From NCBI GenBank assembly GCA_963676105.1, contig OY781039.1, positions 270,001-302,000 of the forward strand: DNA of 32,000 nucleotides. Reading direction: 5' to 3'. The stretch comes from Erysipelotrichaceae bacterium (lineage in GTDB: Bacteria > Bacillota_I > Bacilli_A > Erysipelotrichales > Erysipelotrichaceae). Under the pieces are notes generated by a model that did no database searches, was not told the origin of the DNA, and worked only from the letters and a program-made list of their open reading frames with translations. The translations under genes were made by a program, and so were the position numbers. How positions within the stretch are numbered: position 1 is the first letter of the stretch; the number at the start of each line of letters is the position of its first letter. Below are positions 31,965-32,000 of the stretch, piece after piece.

Positions 31965-32000
31965 ATGTCACGCATACAACAAGAAGATCAAATCAAAGCT
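31965..32000 (+). CDS. 5' end of an unidentified gene (MSRIQQEDQIKA...), truncated by the window edge
   Basis: AGGAGG at 31952..31957 lies 7 nt before ATG 31965. Only 12 codons are visible. Confidence 0.4.
   Translation, partial: MSRIQQEDQIKA

Noticed and set aside
1-32000. tRNA/rRNA genes, CRISPR arrays, IS elements, integrases, toxin-antitoxin or defence-type nuclease/helicase genes
   Set aside because: I scanned both strands and saw no regularly spaced direct repeats, no transposase or integrase-like ORFs, no terminal inverted repeats and no tRNA-like T-arm/acceptor patterns.
1-32000. Mollicutes-type genetic code (TGA = Trp), considered because of the low GC content
   Set aside because: TGA clearly terminates well-defined proteins. 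guaB ends ...APNYRG-TGA, and several ATGA junctions behave the same way. The ORFs are full length under the standard code.

Overview
32-kb chromosomal window from a low-GC bacterium that uses the standard code (TGA is a stop). It looks Gram-positive (Bacillota-like): MurT/GatD, lipobox lipoproteins and GGAGG-type SDs. I support about 34 protein genes and found no rRNA, tRNA, CRISPR or mobile element. The left two thirds are housekeeping: proB (partial), a C26 amidotransferase, two HAD hydrolases, a short Sfp-like PPTase, murT-gatD, a flavodiiron protein, DUF1287, a class-I aminotransferase, yggS, a GH13 alpha-glucosidase, bcp, a U32-U32-SPOUT trio, guaB-guaA and a DASS permease. Two accessory operons stand out. 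(i) 19.1-24.1 kb is a seven-gene chalcogen (sulfur or selenium) relay. Split, order-swapped YedE/YeeE channel halves flank two tandem TusA/YedF genes that encode identical proteins but differ at 15 synonymous sites. These are followed by a TrxR-like CATC flavoprotein that lacks the NADPH motif and is fused to a Cys-less thioredoxin fold, then two rhodanese lipoproteins. (ii) 24.1-28.7 kb is a very AT-rich, ATGA-coupled Arn-like operon: GT-C transferase, WecE-like aminotransferase, polyprenyl-phosphate-type GT2 and an ATP-grasp ligase. Other points: a MurT/GatD pair with all three glutaminase-triad residues substituted, a natural CBS-less IMPDH, a recurring TGTATAAT-N6-ATG leaderless-start module, a coupled upstream mini-ORF, and several operator-like palindromes. 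All homology statements come from motif reading and recalled reference sequences, not from database searches.
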